Positions 51,749-61,142 of a stretch of DNA of 64,000 nt are shown piece after piece (positions within the stretch are counted from its first letter, which is position 1; every line of letters begins with the position of its first letter). The notes under the pieces were generated by a model. That model saw only the letters and a list, made by a program, of their open reading frames with translations, made no database searches and was not told the DNA's origin. The translations under genes and the position numbers were made by a program. Location: assembly GCA_018262975.1 (NCBI GenBank), contig JADFDG010000012.1, positions 10,099 through 74,098 on the forward strand, read 5' to 3'. This DNA comes from Gammaproteobacteria bacterium. GTDB lineage: Bacteria > Pseudomonadota > Gammaproteobacteria > Pseudomonadales > JADFDG01.

Positions 51749-52390
51749 TTACTGGGTGACGCCCAGGTCGATCGCCATCTTCACCAGGTCCGCGAGCGAG
51801 CGGGCCTGCATCTTCTCCATGACCCGCGCCCGGTGGATTTCCACGGTGCGCTGGCTGAGGTTAAGGTCGAGGGCAATCACCTTGTTGGCCTTGCCGGCAA
51901 CCACCATCTCCATGACCTCGCGTTCGCGGTCGGTAAGGCTTTCGTAGCGCGTTGCCAGCGTGGCACGCTGCGAGTCCTCGCTGCGCAGGCGGGAATCCTC
52001 TTCCAGCGCGGCATGGATGCGATCCAGCAGGTCCTGGTCACGGAACGGCTTCTGGATGAAGTCGGCCGCACCTTCCTTGATCGCCTGGACCGCCATCGGG
52101 ATGTCACCGTGGCCGGTGATGAAGATCACCGGCAGGCGACTGCCGAGCTCGCGCAGTTTCTGCTGCGTTTCCAGCCCGCTCATCTTCGGCATGCGGATAT
52201 CGAGCACCAGGCAACCACTCAGATCCGGGCGGTAACGCTCCAGGAAGGCGATACCCGAGTCGAAGGTCTCGACCGGCAACTCGACCGACCGCAACAGCAT
52301 GCCCAGCGAATCACGGACGGCATCGTCATCATCGACCACGAAAACGGTCTGCCTGGCAGGTCCGTTCAGGGGGCGGCCTGTTCCCGACAT
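51749..52390 (-). CDS. Response regulator, FixJ/NarL (LuxR-type HTH) family
   Basis: 213 aa. VFVVDDDDAVRDSL receiver domain with LDIRMP phospho-acceptor Asp. C-terminal LTDREREVMEMVVAGKANKVIA HTH. Confidence 0.9.
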   Translation of the reverse strand: MSGTGRPLNGPARQTVFVVDDDDAVRDSLGMLLRSVELPVETFDSGIAFLERYRPDLSGCLVLDIRMPKMSGLETQQKLRELGSRLPVIFITGHGDIPMAVQAIKEGAADFIQKPFRDQDLLDRIHAALEEDSRLRSEDSQRATLATRYESLTDREREVMEMVVAGKANKVIALDLNLSQRTVEIHRARVMEKMQARSLADLVKMAIDLGVTQ

Positions 52391-54048
52391 AGGGCATCAC
52401 TCCTTGCTGCGCTGTTATCGACCGGAAGCCGGAACCGGAAGCATGCCCCATGCTCGCGGCCCTCGTCGACCTCCAGCTCGCCCTGGTGGGCCTGGATGAT
52501 CGACTGGCTGATGGCCAGCCCCAGCCCCATGCCCCCCTGCTTGGTCGAGTAGAACGGCTCGAACAGGTGCTGGCGGTCCTCCTCGGTCAGTCCGCAGCCG
52601 GAGTCCTCGATCCGCACCTCCACCTCGTTGCCGGACAGGCAGGTGCTGATGCGCACCTCCCGGACAGCCGGCGGCACCGCGGCCGCCGCGTCGAGGGCGT
52701 TGCGCAGCAACTGCACCACGACCTGCTTGATCTGCAGCGGATCGGCCACCACGGCGGTCACGTCACCGGCAAGGTCGAGGCTGACACGGGCGCCGCTGGC
52801 AGCGATGTCGTCGTCCATCAAGGCAACCACTTCGCTGACCAGGCGGTTCAGGCAGGTCCGCGACGGCTCCGCCGAGGGCGTCGACGGCATCAGCGAGCGA
52901 ATCCGCCGGATGGCCTCGCCGGCACGCTGGGCCTGTTCGGAAATACGCTCCAGGGCCCCGGCAACTTCGTCACCGCTGCAGGGCTTGCCGGCGAGGATCA
53001 GGCGGCGACTGGCCTGCGCATAGTTGGAGATGGCCGCCAGTGGCTGGTTGACCTCGTGGGCGATACCGGCGGCCAGTTCGACCAGCTGGCTGCTGCGCGC
53101 GGCCTGGCTCAAGCGCTCGCGCGAGTCGCGCAGCGCCTGCTCCGCCGCCCGCAGCACGCGTGCCGTGTCCTCGCGCACCGTGACGTCGCGCAGCGAAACC
53201 AGCACCAGCCGCCGCGGACCATCGAGCAGGTCCCGCAGCGCCACTTCCGCAACCAGACGCTGACCCTCGCGGGGGTGGAACTCCCAGCTGAACACGCCGC
53301 CCTGGCGGCCGGAAACGGCATCGACGCGCGCCTCGAACTGCGCCAGCAGCGCATCGCCTCCGGCGTAGCGACGGAAAAACTGCCGCCAAGGCAACCCGAT
53401 GACCTGTTCGCGCCGGCAATGGAACATCTCGCAGAAACTGTCGTTGCACTCCTCGATGCCGTTGCCAATCAGCACGACACCTTCCGCCGTGCTGGAAAAC
53501 AGCGTGCGGTAGCGTGCCTCGCTGATGGCAATACTGCGCAGCAACGGCGCCGTCATCCGCCAGAACAGGAACAGCCCGAGCATCAGGAGCAACACCAGGG
53601 CGGCGGCCGCCTGCATGGCGGCACGCTGGTAGGGGGCGCGCAACTCCGCGAGGCCCACCCAGGCAATCAGTGCGCCGGAATCGTCGGTGCGACGCACGGC
53701 AACCAGGAAATCGCCGGCAGGATCCTCCAGCCAGGCCACGTGCCCGGGCGGCTGCGCCTGCACCGGGGGCAGCAACGCGATGATCTGCGGCGGCACCTGC
53801 ACGTCGCCACTGCGCCAGCGCGCGCCGTCACTGAACAACCGCGTGACGCGCGGGGCGGCGGTGCCGCCGCCGGCAGGATCCTCGAGCAGCGCCGCGATGG
53901 CGGCGCGCTGCTGCTGCATGCCGGCCTCGAACAGCGAGACCAGCGTAATACCGACCGCACCGATGGCGACCGCCACGATGATCACGGCAAGCAACAGGAG
54001 ACGACGACGCCCTTCCACGAAAGGCTCCCGGGTGGTGCAGACAGACAA
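52366..54048 (-). CDS. Sensor histidine kinase (two TM helices, periplasmic loop, PAS, HisKA, HATPase); FixL-type H-box
   Basis: 560 aa. AHEVNQPLAAI H-box, G-boxes DSGCGL and GGMGLGLAIS. Overlaps the regulator start by 25 nt. Confidence 0.88.
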   Translation of the reverse strand: MSVCTTREPFVEGRRRLLLLAVIIVAVAIGAVGITLVSLFEAGMQQQRAAIAALLEDPAGGGTAAPRVTRLFSDGARWRSGDVQVPPQIIALLPPVQAQPPGHVAWLEDPAGDFLVAVRRTDDSGALIAWVGLAELRAPYQRAAMQAAAALVLLLMLGLFLFWRMTAPLLRSIAISEARYRTLFSSTAEGVVLIGNGIEECNDSFCEMFHCRREQVIGLPWRQFFRRYAGGDALLAQFEARVDAVSGRQGGVFSWEFHPREGQRLVAEVALRDLLDGPRRLVLVSLRDVTVREDTARVLRAAEQALRDSRERLSQAARSSQLVELAAGIAHEVNQPLAAISNYAQASRRLILAGKPCSGDEVAGALERISEQAQRAGEAIRRIRSLMPSTPSAEPSRTCLNRLVSEVVALMDDDIAASGARVSLDLAGDVTAVVADPLQIKQVVVQLLRNALDAAAAVPPAVREVRISTCLSGNEVEVRIEDSGCGLTEEDRQHLFEPFYSTKQGGMGLGLAISQSIIQAHQGELEVDEGREHGACFRFRLPVDNSAARSDALCREQAAP

Positions 54049-54141
54049 AAACTAGCACAGCGGTCACGCAACTCGCGCCAACAGCGTCACGCTTTGGGCC
54101 GCGAGTGATCACCGCCGCATACGTAGTTTCCGAAAACGAAC

Positions 54142-54726
54142 TCAATACTCGTCGAGGGTGACGAGGAATTCGTCCAGCAGTTGCCGCCAGCCGGCGATCC
54201 AGCGCCGGATGCGGGCAAAGTCGTCCGCCGACAGCGGCTCGATGGCCGTGGCGGGCACGACCGCGATCATGCGGATGCGGCCCTGGTCGTGATGGTGATC
54301 GTGGCCATGCTCATGGTGATCGTCATCGTCGCCCGCCTCGCGCTGGCCATCCGGCTGCGACGACAGGCAGCGGCGCGCATCATCGACCTGCTCCTGCAGC
54401 CAACCCCCGGATTCCAGCAGGCCACGCACGCGCCCGAGTTCGGGCGATGCCATGCCACGCGCAGCCAGGGCCGCGACGGCGGTGTCCAGCGTCAGCGATT
54501 CGGGGGAACGCTCCAGGCGCAGCCGCACGGCCACGTCGTCGAGCAGGCCGGTCAGCACCGAGTGCAACTGCAGCACCGCGCCATTGCGGCAGGCCATGGC
54601 CACGCCGTGACGGTTGAGCGCATCGCCGGCGAGCTCGCGCTCGGCCAGCTTCACCAGCTCGCCGGCGAAGAACAGCCGCTGGCGCAGGGCGGCAATGCCA
54701 TCCTGGCGACCGGGTACGGTTTTCAT
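54142..54726 (-). CDS. Hypothetical helical protein with an Asp/His-rich insert
   Basis: Internal start MKTVPGRQDG, 11 nt after the topA stop. 194 aa. DDDDHHEHGHDHHHD segment. I recognise no domain with confidence. Confidence 0.6.
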   Translation of the reverse strand: MKTVPGRQDGIAALRQRLFFAGELVKLAERELAGDALNRHGVAMACRNGAVLQLHSVLTGLLDDVAVRLRLERSPESLTLDTAVAALAARGMASPELGRVRGLLESGGWLQEQVDDARRCLSSQPDGQREAGDDDDHHEHGHDHHHDQGRIRMIAVVPATAIEPLSADDFARIRRWIAGWRQLLDEFLVTLDEY

Positions 54727-54736
54727 GGCCGGGCCC

Positions 54737-57400
54737 TCACTCCTTGTCCTTGCCTTCCACGACCACCCAGCGGCCATCGCGGAAGAACGCGCGCCAGCCG
54801 CTCGGCTTGCCATCGACCTCGCTCTGCACGTACTGCTCGCGGGTCTTGCGGCTGAAGCGTACCAGCGCGGGGCGCCCTTCCTTGTCCTGCGCCGGCGCAT
54901 CGGCCAGGTAACGCAGTTTCGGGTCGAGCTTGTCCTTCACGCTGCGGATTTCCTCGACCGTCGGCGGACGCGTCTCGCGGTGGCGCGGGAACTTGCTGGC
55001 CGCGAGGAACACGCCGGAGGCGCCGTCACGCAGCAGGTAGAAATCGTCGCAGGTCTGGCAGCGCAGCTCCGGCATCGGGATCGGGTCGGCCTTGGGCGGC
55101 GCGGCCTCGCCGCTGCGCAGCAACTTGCGGGTGTTGCCACACTCCTTGTTGGTGCAACCGAAGTACTTGCCGAAACGGCCGGTCTTCAGCTGCATCTCGC
55201 TGCCGCACTTCTCGCACTCGATCACCGGGCCCTCGTAGCCCTTGATCTTGAACTCGCCGGCCTCGACCTCGTAGCCGCCGCAGTCCGGGCTCATGCCGCA
55301 GATGTGCAACTTGCGCTTTGCGTCGAGCAGGTAGCTGTCCATGGCCGCGCCGCACTTGCGGCAGCGCTTCTTGGCGTGCAGCACCTGCGCCTCGGCCTCG
55401 CCGTCATCGTCGTCGGAGGAAACCGATACGACCTCGTTGGCGGACACCAGGTTCATGGTGGTGGTGCAGCGTTCCTTGGGCGGCAGGGCATAACCCGAGC
55501 AGCCGAGGAACACCCCGGTGGAGCCGAAGCGGATCTGCATGTGACGGCCGCAGGTCGGACAGGCGATGTCCGTTTCCACCGGCAGGTTCGCGCGCATGCC
55601 GCCGGTGGCCGCCTTCCCTTCACCGCCGGTGCCGCCGGCCTTCTTCAATTTCCTCTTGAAGTCGGCATAGAACTCGTCGAGGACCTCGTGCCACTCGCGG
55701 GTGCCGCCGGCCACCTCGTCGAGCTGGCCCTCCATCTGCGCGGTGAAGCCGTAGTCCAGCAGGTTGTCGAAGTTCTCGACCAGGCGATCGGTGACGATGT
55801 CGCCCATCTTCTCCGCGTAAAAGCGCCGGTTCTCGACGCGGGCGTAACCGCGGTCCTGGATGGTGGAAATGATGGCCGCATACGTGGAGGGCCGGCCAAT
55901 ACCGCGCTTCTCCAGCTCACGGACCAGCGCCGCCTCGGTGTAACGGGCCGGCGGCTTGGTGAAGTGCTGGCTGGGCAGCAACGCCTTCAGTTTCAGCAAC
56001 TCGCCCACCGCGACGTCCGGCAACGGCTGGTCTTCCGGCGCCGCCTTGCCGCCCGGGGGCAGCACGCGCGTGTAGCCGTCGAACTTCACGACGCGACCGC
56101 GTGCGCGCAGCTCGACGCCGGCGGTTTCCACGGTCAGCGACGTGGACAGGTACTCGGCCCTGGTCATCTGGCAGGCCACGAACTGGCGCCAGATCAGGTC
56201 GTACAAACGCGATGCATCGGCGTCGAGGTCCTTGAGATCCTCGGCGCGGGCGTTGACGTCCGTCGGGCGGATCGCCTCGTGCGCCTCCTGGGCGCCCTCC
56301 TTGCTCGCGTAGACGTTCGGCTTCTCCGGCAGGTACTTGTCGCCGAATTTCTTGGCAATGTAGGCGCGCACCGAATCCAGCGCATCCTGGCTGAGATTGG
56401 TTGAGTCGGTACGCATGTAGGTGATGTAGCCGGCTTCGTACAGCTTCTGCGCGATGGTCATGGTGCGCTTGACGGAGAAGCCGAGGCGCGTACTGGCGGC
56501 CTGCTGCAAGGTGGACGTGATGAACGGCGCGTTCGGCCGCGTGCTGGTCGGCTTGTCCTCGCGGCCGGTGACCGCGAACTTCGCCTTCTCGAGCTTCGCG
56601 ATGGTCTTCTTCACCGCGGCCTCGGAGTTCGGCCGGAATTCCTTGCCGTCCTCCCTGGCAACCTGGAGCTTGAGGGCCTCGCCCTTCGGCGCCACGGTGT
56701 CGGCGTGCAGTTCCCAGTATTCCTCCGGGTTGAAGGCACGGATCTCGCGCTCACGCTCGACCAGCAGGCGCACGGCCACCGACTGCACGCGCCCGGCGGA
56801 CAGGCCGCGGGCGATCTTGCTCCACAGCAACGGCGACACCATGTAGCCGACGATGCGGTCGAGGAAACGACGCGCCTGCTGCGCCTCCACCCGGTGCATG
56901 TCCAGTTGCTTGGGTTGCTCGAAGGCCTTCTTGATCGCGGTCTTGGTGATCTCGTTGAACACCACCCGCTTGTAGCGGCTGTCGTCGCCGCCGATGACCT
57001 CGCGCAGGTGCCAGGCGATGGCCTCCCCCTCGCGGTCCAAGTCGGTGGCGAGCCAGATTTCATCGGCCGACTTCGCCAACTTGCGCAATTCCTCGATGAC
57101 CTTTTCCTTGCCGGGCACGATCTCGTAGCGGGCTTTCCAGCCATGCTCCGGGTCAACGCCCATGCGGGTCACCAGCTGGTTCCAGGCCTTCTCCTCGCGG
57201 GAGGGCTCCTTCGCCGGCTTCTTGCCTTCCTTTTTAGCAGCCTTCTTCGCGTCGGCAGCCGGCTCGGCACGCCCGCCCCCGCTGGAGGGCAGGTCGCGTA
57301 CGTGACCCACGCTGGACTTCACGACGAAGTCCTTGCCCAGGTACTTGTTGATGGTTTTCGCCTTGGCCGGCGACTCGACGATGACCAGTGACTTGCCCAT
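54737..57400 (-). CDS. topA: DNA topoisomerase I
   Basis: Internal start [37 protein letters not shown] (Toprim), ITYMRTDS active-site Tyr motif, C-terminal Cys4 zinc ribbons. Confidence 0.95.
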   Translation of the reverse strand: MGKSLVIVESPAKAKTINKYLGKDFVVKSSVGHVRDLPSSGGGRAEPAADAKKAAKKEGKKPAKEPSREEKAWNQLVTRMGVDPEHGWKARYEIVPGKEKVIEELRKLAKSADEIWLATDLDREGEAIAWHLREVIGGDDSRYKRVVFNEITKTAIKKAFEQPKQLDMHRVEAQQARRFLDRIVGYMVSPLLWSKIARGLSAGRVQSVAVRLLVEREREIRAFNPEEYWELHADTVAPKGEALKLQVAREDGKEFRPNSEAAVKKTIAKLEKAKFAVTGREDKPTSTRPNAPFITSTLQQAASTRLGFSVKRTMTIAQKLYEAGYITYMRTDSTNLSQDALDSVRAYIAKKFGDKYLPEKPNVYASKEGAQEAHEAIRPTDVNARAEDLKDLDADASRLYDLIWRQFVACQMTRAEYLSTSLTVETAGVELRARGRVVKFDGYTRVLPPGGKAAPEDQPLPDVAVGELLKLKALLPSQHFTKPPARYTEAALVRELEKRGIGRPSTYAAIISTIQDRGYARVENRRFYAEKMGDIVTDRLVENFDNLLDYGFTAQMEGQLDEVAGGTREWHEVLDEFYADFKRKLKKAGGTGGEGKAATGGMRANLPVETDIACPTCGRHMQIRFGSTGVFLGCSGYALPPKERCTTTMNLVSANEVVSVSSDDDDGEAEAQVLHAKKRCRKCGAAMDSYLLDAKRKLHICGMSPDCGGYEVEAGEFKIKGYEGPVIECEKCGSEMQLKTGRFGKYFGCTNKECGNTRKLLRSGEAAPPKADPIPMPELRCQTCDDFYLLRDGASGVFLAASKFPRHRETRPPTVEEIRSVKDKLDPKLRYLADAPAQDKEGRPALVRFSRKTREQYVQSEVDGKPSGWRAFFRDGRWVVVEGKDKE

Positions 57401-57655
57401 GGGTCCATTCTGGCAGGGGTGTAAAGGCGGGCATTTGTACGGGAGGGCTGCCGGGGGGGTCAAGGCAGACCGTAACCGGGGCCTGCCAGCCGCCGCCTGT
57501 TTCCCTTGTGCTATCAAGCCCTTAGGCCCCCGGGGGCGAAAGAGGATTTCGGATGCCACTGACTAGGCAAACAGGGGGTTTGCGTGCAAAGTCTGTGATA
57601 CAGGCCACAGTTTGGGTCTACCTGGGCCCACAAGAACAATAATCAGGAGGCTCTG

Positions 57656-58465
57656 ATGAGGCAGCAATCCCCCCTGGCGTCACTGGTGCTGCTGCTGGCG
57701 CTGGTACTTGCCCCGTTCCATCTGCTGGCTGCCGACAACGCGGCCGCCAAGCCGCTCGGCGAACTCTACGCCGTGGCCCAGTTGATGGACGCCGCGGTGC
57801 TCGACCTGAACATGCTGCTCGGCGAAGAGCAGAGTCCCGCCTACAAGGCGCGACTGGACGAGACCCTGAAGAAACTCGACACCGCCATGCGTGCCTCGGT
57901 GGCCTCACTGGGCACCGCCGGCATCCCGGCCCAGACTGCCAATTCCCTGGCCGAGAACGTCGCGGCCTTCAGCCGCCTGGCGCGCGTGAATCGCGACAAC
58001 ATCATGAAAAGCGGCTACCAGGAAGGCGCCGTACTGGACGAGATGATGCAGCGCCGGCAGGCTGCGCGCGCCCAGCTCGACCCGGTCTATGTCGACCTCG
58101 AGAAGCGAGCCGGCCTCACCGGTTCTCCGCTGTCGGAAGCCCGCGCGCTGGCCCTGCAACTGCAGCAGATGTCCGCGCTCTATGTCGAGAATGCCTCGGC
58201 GGCCTACGTCAGCAACCGCTCGCAGGACTCCACCGACGTGACCATCGACAAACTGGCGATGGCCTTCGCCAGCCGACTGGCCAAACTGGAGTCCCGCGCC
58301 AAGGGCGAGGAAGCCATGAAGCGGGTACAGGCGATCAAGTCGAAGTGGAAGTTCATCGAGCGATCGATGATGAACTACCAGGAAAACACCGTGCCGTTCC
58401 TCGTGGATCGTTACACGCAAGCCATCGTGGTGGATCTCATGGCACTGGCGGAAGCCCTCAAGTAA
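57656..58465 (+). CDS. Hypothetical secreted all-helical protein
   Basis: 269 aa. AGGAGG SD. MRQQSPLASLVLLLALVLAPFHLLAA signal peptide. No motif recognised. Confidence 0.65.
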   Translation: MRQQSPLASLVLLLALVLAPFHLLAADNAAAKPLGELYAVAQLMDAAVLDLNMLLGEEQSPAYKARLDETLKKLDTAMRASVASLGTAGIPAQTANSLAENVAAFSRLARVNRDNIMKSGYQEGAVLDEMMQRRQAARAQLDPVYVDLEKRAGLTGSPLSEARALALQLQQMSALYVENASAAYVSNRSQDSTDVTIDKLAMAFASRLAKLESRAKGEEAMKRVQAIKSKWKFIERSMMNYQENTVPFLVDRYTQAIVVDLMALAEALK

Positions 58466-58895
58466 ACGCCGCGCAGCCCTGCCCGCGCAGAGTCGCGAGC
58501 AGGGCCAGCACCGCAGCCAGCTCATCCTCTTCCCGTTCGTCCCAGGCCACGGCCACCTCGTCGGGACTGCAACGCATCGCCACGACGCCCGCGGGTACGC
58601 CGGCGGGCATGGCAATCGGCCCGCCAGCAGCGTCCACCCATCCTTCCCCGTGCCGCACCAGGCAGCGCTCCGCGCGTTCCGGCAGCGGTCCATCCACCAC
58701 CACGTACCAGCACGCCAGCGGCAATCCGTAGCGCTCGCGCTCGTCGCGTCCCACCAGGCGCACGCGGCAACCCGCATCCATGGCCCGCGTACGCAGGCGT
58801 CCCTGCCGGCGCTCGTCCGGGCCGGGGCCCAGTTTCAGCCAGGCGCCGACCACCAGCGCCAACGCGACCAGCAACACCAGCAGGAAGGTGGTCAT
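58458..58895 (-). CDS. Hypothetical membrane-anchored protein
   Basis: Internal start MTTFLLVLLVALALVVGAWL (TM helix), 145 aa. High GC3 and typical codon usage. AGGA lies 11 nt upstream. No recognised domain. Confidence 0.5.
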   Translation of the reverse strand: MTTFLLVLLVALALVVGAWLKLGPGPDERRQGRLRTRAMDAGCRVRLVGRDERERYGLPLACWYVVVDGPLPERAERCLVRHGEGWVDAAGGPIAMPAGVPAGVVAMRCSPDEVAVAWDEREEDELAAVLALLATLRGQGCAAFT

Positions 58896-58966
58896 CGGCA
58901 GCAGGTCCTGTTCAGCGCAGCGGCGAGCGGATAACGTGTAGGCATCGACAACACCCCGGGGGTCCC

Positions 58967-59395
58967 ATGTACAAGCACGTCCTGCTCGCCACCGACCTGT
59001 CGCCCGACACCGGCATCGTCGTCGAGCGTGCCCGCGCGCTGGCCGATGCCGGCGCAGCACTGACGGTGGTGCATGTCATCGAACCCATCGCGCTGGCCTA
59101 CGGTGCGGAGATGCCGATGGACCTGGGTTCGTTGCAGGAAGAAATCACCCGCCAGGCCAGGAGCAAGCTGGAGGCGCTGGCGCAACAGCTGGGCATTCCC
59201 GCGGAAAACTGCCTGCTGGTGACGGGCACCATTGAAAAGGAAATCCTGCACATCGCCGGCGAACGGGGCGTGGACCTGGTGGTGATGGGCAGCCACAGCC
59301 GGCGCGGACTGGCAGCCCTGCTGGGCTCGACGGCCAACGCCGTACTGCATCATGCCCGCTGCGACGTCCTGGCGGTGCGCATCGCCAGCCACTGA
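58967..59395 (+). CDS. uspA: Universal stress protein (UspA family)
   Basis: 142 aa. MYKHVLLATDLS...DLVVMGSHSRRGLAALLGSTANAVLHHARCDVLAV. Confidence 0.88.
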   Translation: MYKHVLLATDLSPDTGIVVERARALADAGAALTVVHVIEPIALAYGAEMPMDLGSLQEEITRQARSKLEALAQQLGIPAENCLLVTGTIEKEILHIAGERGVDLVVMGSHSRRGLAALLGSTANAVLHHARCDVLAVRIASH

Positions 59396-59420
59396 GTGGC
59401 TGGCACTCGCCGCGAGGCGG

Positions 59421-60059
59421 TCAGCGCGATGAGGCAGAGGACTCGTTCCACTGGCAGAGGATGTCCGCCAGCACGTGTGCCTGGTCACGCAGCGAGCCGA
59501 GTTCGTCACGGGTGCCGCGCTGGCCGGTAAACAAGGGAACCTTGCGCATCTGTGCCACCAGCGCATTGGACGGGTCGGCCTTCTTGTTCATCTCGAGCGT
59601 CCAGCGGATGTCGTTGACCACCGTCTTGTAGAAGGACAGCTTGGTCGGCAACGAAAACAACACGTGGTCGTCGATGTCGCGGAAGAAGTTGTAGTCGAGC
59701 GCCAGCAGGATCGACGGCTTGCCATTGGGATCGGCAACGATGGTGGCGCTGCGCGGCATGGCGCGCAGCATGGCCAGGGTGCCGAACGGCTGGCCGGCGG
59801 AAATGGTGTTGATCACCGCCGAACCCGGCTCGCCGGACAGCACCTGCAACTGGCCCTTGAGCAGGAAATACAGGTACGGGTCGGTATCGCCGCGACGGAT
59901 CACCACGTCGGCCGGTTCGGCGTGCAGCAGCCGGCAGCGCGTCATGATCTGGTCGAACTGGTGCGGGTCGGTGCGGATGATCTCGTTGAAAAACGGGATT
60001 CCTTGCACCATGCGCTGGATGGACTCCGGGGAGATCTCCCCCTTCACCACGTCTCTCAT
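59421..60059 (-). CDS. Cyclic nucleotide-binding domain protein with no recognisable DNA-binding domain
   Basis: Internal start MRDVVKGE. FFNEI...GDTDPYLYFLLKGQLQV...GQPFGTLAMLRAMPRSATIVA fits the CAP effector-domain pattern. Confidence 0.8.
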   Translation of the reverse strand: MRDVVKGEISPESIQRMVQGIPFFNEIIRTDPHQFDQIMTRCRLLHAEPADVVIRRGDTDPYLYFLLKGQLQVLSGEPGSAVINTISAGQPFGTLAMLRAMPRSATIVADPNGKPSILLALDYNFFRDIDDHVLFSLPTKLSFYKTVVNDIRWTLEMNKKADPSNALVAQMRKVPLFTGQRGTRDELGSLRDQAHVLADILCQWNESSASSR

Positions 60060-60190
60060 CAAAGCTGCTCCGCACTTGCACAAGCAAAAAGCCGCAGGTC
60101 TTCGTGACCCACGGCACAAGCGGCTACCTTGCCACAGCGCCCCTGCCCTTTCAACGCGCCGGGCCGTTCGGGCAACTGGCCATAAAAACA

Positions 60191-60206
60191 CTGTACATAG
60201 TCACAG
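60191..60206 (+). promoter_or_regulatory. LexA (SOS) box 1
   Basis: CTGTacatagtcACAG = CTGT-N8-ACAG, ~90 nt upstream of lexA. Confidence 0.8.
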
Positions 60207-60209
60207 TAC

Positions 60210-60225
60210 CTGTGCCAAAGTACAG
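60210..60225 (+). promoter_or_regulatory. LexA (SOS) box 2
   Basis: CTGTgccaaagtACAG = CTGT-N8-ACAG, 3 nt after box 1. The tandem arrangement is typical of lexA autoregulation. Confidence 0.8.
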
Positions 60226-60292
60226 TATCGGCGCCCCGGCCAACCGGTGCGCACTATCGATAGGCTCCCTTCATCCGGGCAGGCTCCAGGTC

Positions 60293-60919
60293 ATGGACAA
60301 ACTCACCACCCGCCAGCGCCAGGTGCTCAATTTCATCCGGCGCTCGCTGCAGAAGAACGGCATTGCCCCCACCCGGGCAGAAATCGCCGAGGCCATGGGT
60401 TTCCACTCCAAGAATGCGGCGGTGGACCACCTGAAGGCGCTCGAACGCAAGGGTTTCATCCGCCTGCACAGTGACCTGTCACGGGGCATCCAGTTGCTCG
60501 ACGGCAGCGAGGCAGCCGGCGACGAGGTGGACCTGCCGGTAACCACCCTGCCGGTGATCGGCTCGGTAGCGGCCGGCTCCCCGATCGAAGCCATCGAGAA
60601 CGTCGAGCAGCAGGTGACGGTCCCCGACGGCCTGTTCCGACAGCAGCCCACCTACCTGCTGCGGGTACGCGGCGATTCCATGAAGGATGCCGGCATCCTT
60701 GATGGCGACCTGATCGCCGTACGCAAGACCAGCCAGGCGCAGTCCGGGCAGATCGTGGTGGCGCGCATCCAGGACGAGGTCACCGTGAAGACGCTGCTGA
60801 TCAAGCGCAACCGGCCGGTGCTGATGCCGGCCAATGACGCCTACCGGCCGATCATCATGGCGCCGGAAGACCTCACCATCGAGGGCGTTTTCGTCGGCCT
60901 GATCAGGGATGCGGGCTGA
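60293..60919 (+). CDS. lexA: LexA repressor
   Basis: Internal start MDKLTTRQRQVLNFIRRSLQKNGIAPTRAEIAEAMGF. AG cleavage site (VAAGSP), GDSM and VARI..EVTVKTL S24 peptidase motifs. Confidence 0.95.
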   Translation: MDKLTTRQRQVLNFIRRSLQKNGIAPTRAEIAEAMGFHSKNAAVDHLKALERKGFIRLHSDLSRGIQLLDGSEAAGDEVDLPVTTLPVIGSVAAGSPIEAIENVEQQVTVPDGLFRQQPTYLLRVRGDSMKDAGILDGDLIAVRKTSQAQSGQIVVARIQDEVTVKTLLIKRNRPVLMPANDAYRPIIMAPEDLTIEGVFVGLIRDAG

Positions 60920-60920
60920 C

Positions 60921-61142
60921 ATGAGCGGCATCCTCTTCGCAGTCACCATGCTGCTGTCGGCTTACCTTGCCGACGTGCTGGCCGCCCACTGGGGCTTTCG
61001 TGGCGAGCAGACCATCCTGCGCTCGCCGGGACGGCCGCGTCAGTCCTGGTTGCGCTCCGCCAGCCGCAGGACGTCCAGCAGGCTGAAGGGCCAGCCGATC
61101 TCACCGCTCACCGCGCGCAGCACGGGAATGCGTTCGCCGTAA
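60921..61142 (+). CDS. Speculative small ORF (73 aa), N-terminal TM helix, starting 1 nt after the lexA stop
   Basis: MSGILFAVTMLLSAYLADVLAAHWGF... has coding-like GC3 across the 120 nt not shared with any other gene. The C-terminal ~100 nt overlaps the convergent DUF836 gene and reads as Arg/Ser-rich filler. Confidence 0.25.
   Translation: MSGILFAVTMLLSAYLADVLAAHWGFRGEQTILRSPGRPRQSWLRSASRRTSSRLKGQPISPLTARSTGMRSP

Noticed and set aside
57568-57582. PsrA-box-like caaac-agggg-gtttg palindrome in the topA upstream region.
   Set aside because: The spacer is 5 nt, outside the N2-4 consensus. It is a single 5-bp half-site palindrome that could easily be a small hairpin by chance.
57593-57610. LexA-box-like ctgtgatacaggccacag upstream of the secreted-protein gene and topA.
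   Set aside because: The spacing between CTGT and ACAG is 10 nt (or 3 nt for the inner pair), not the required 8 nt.
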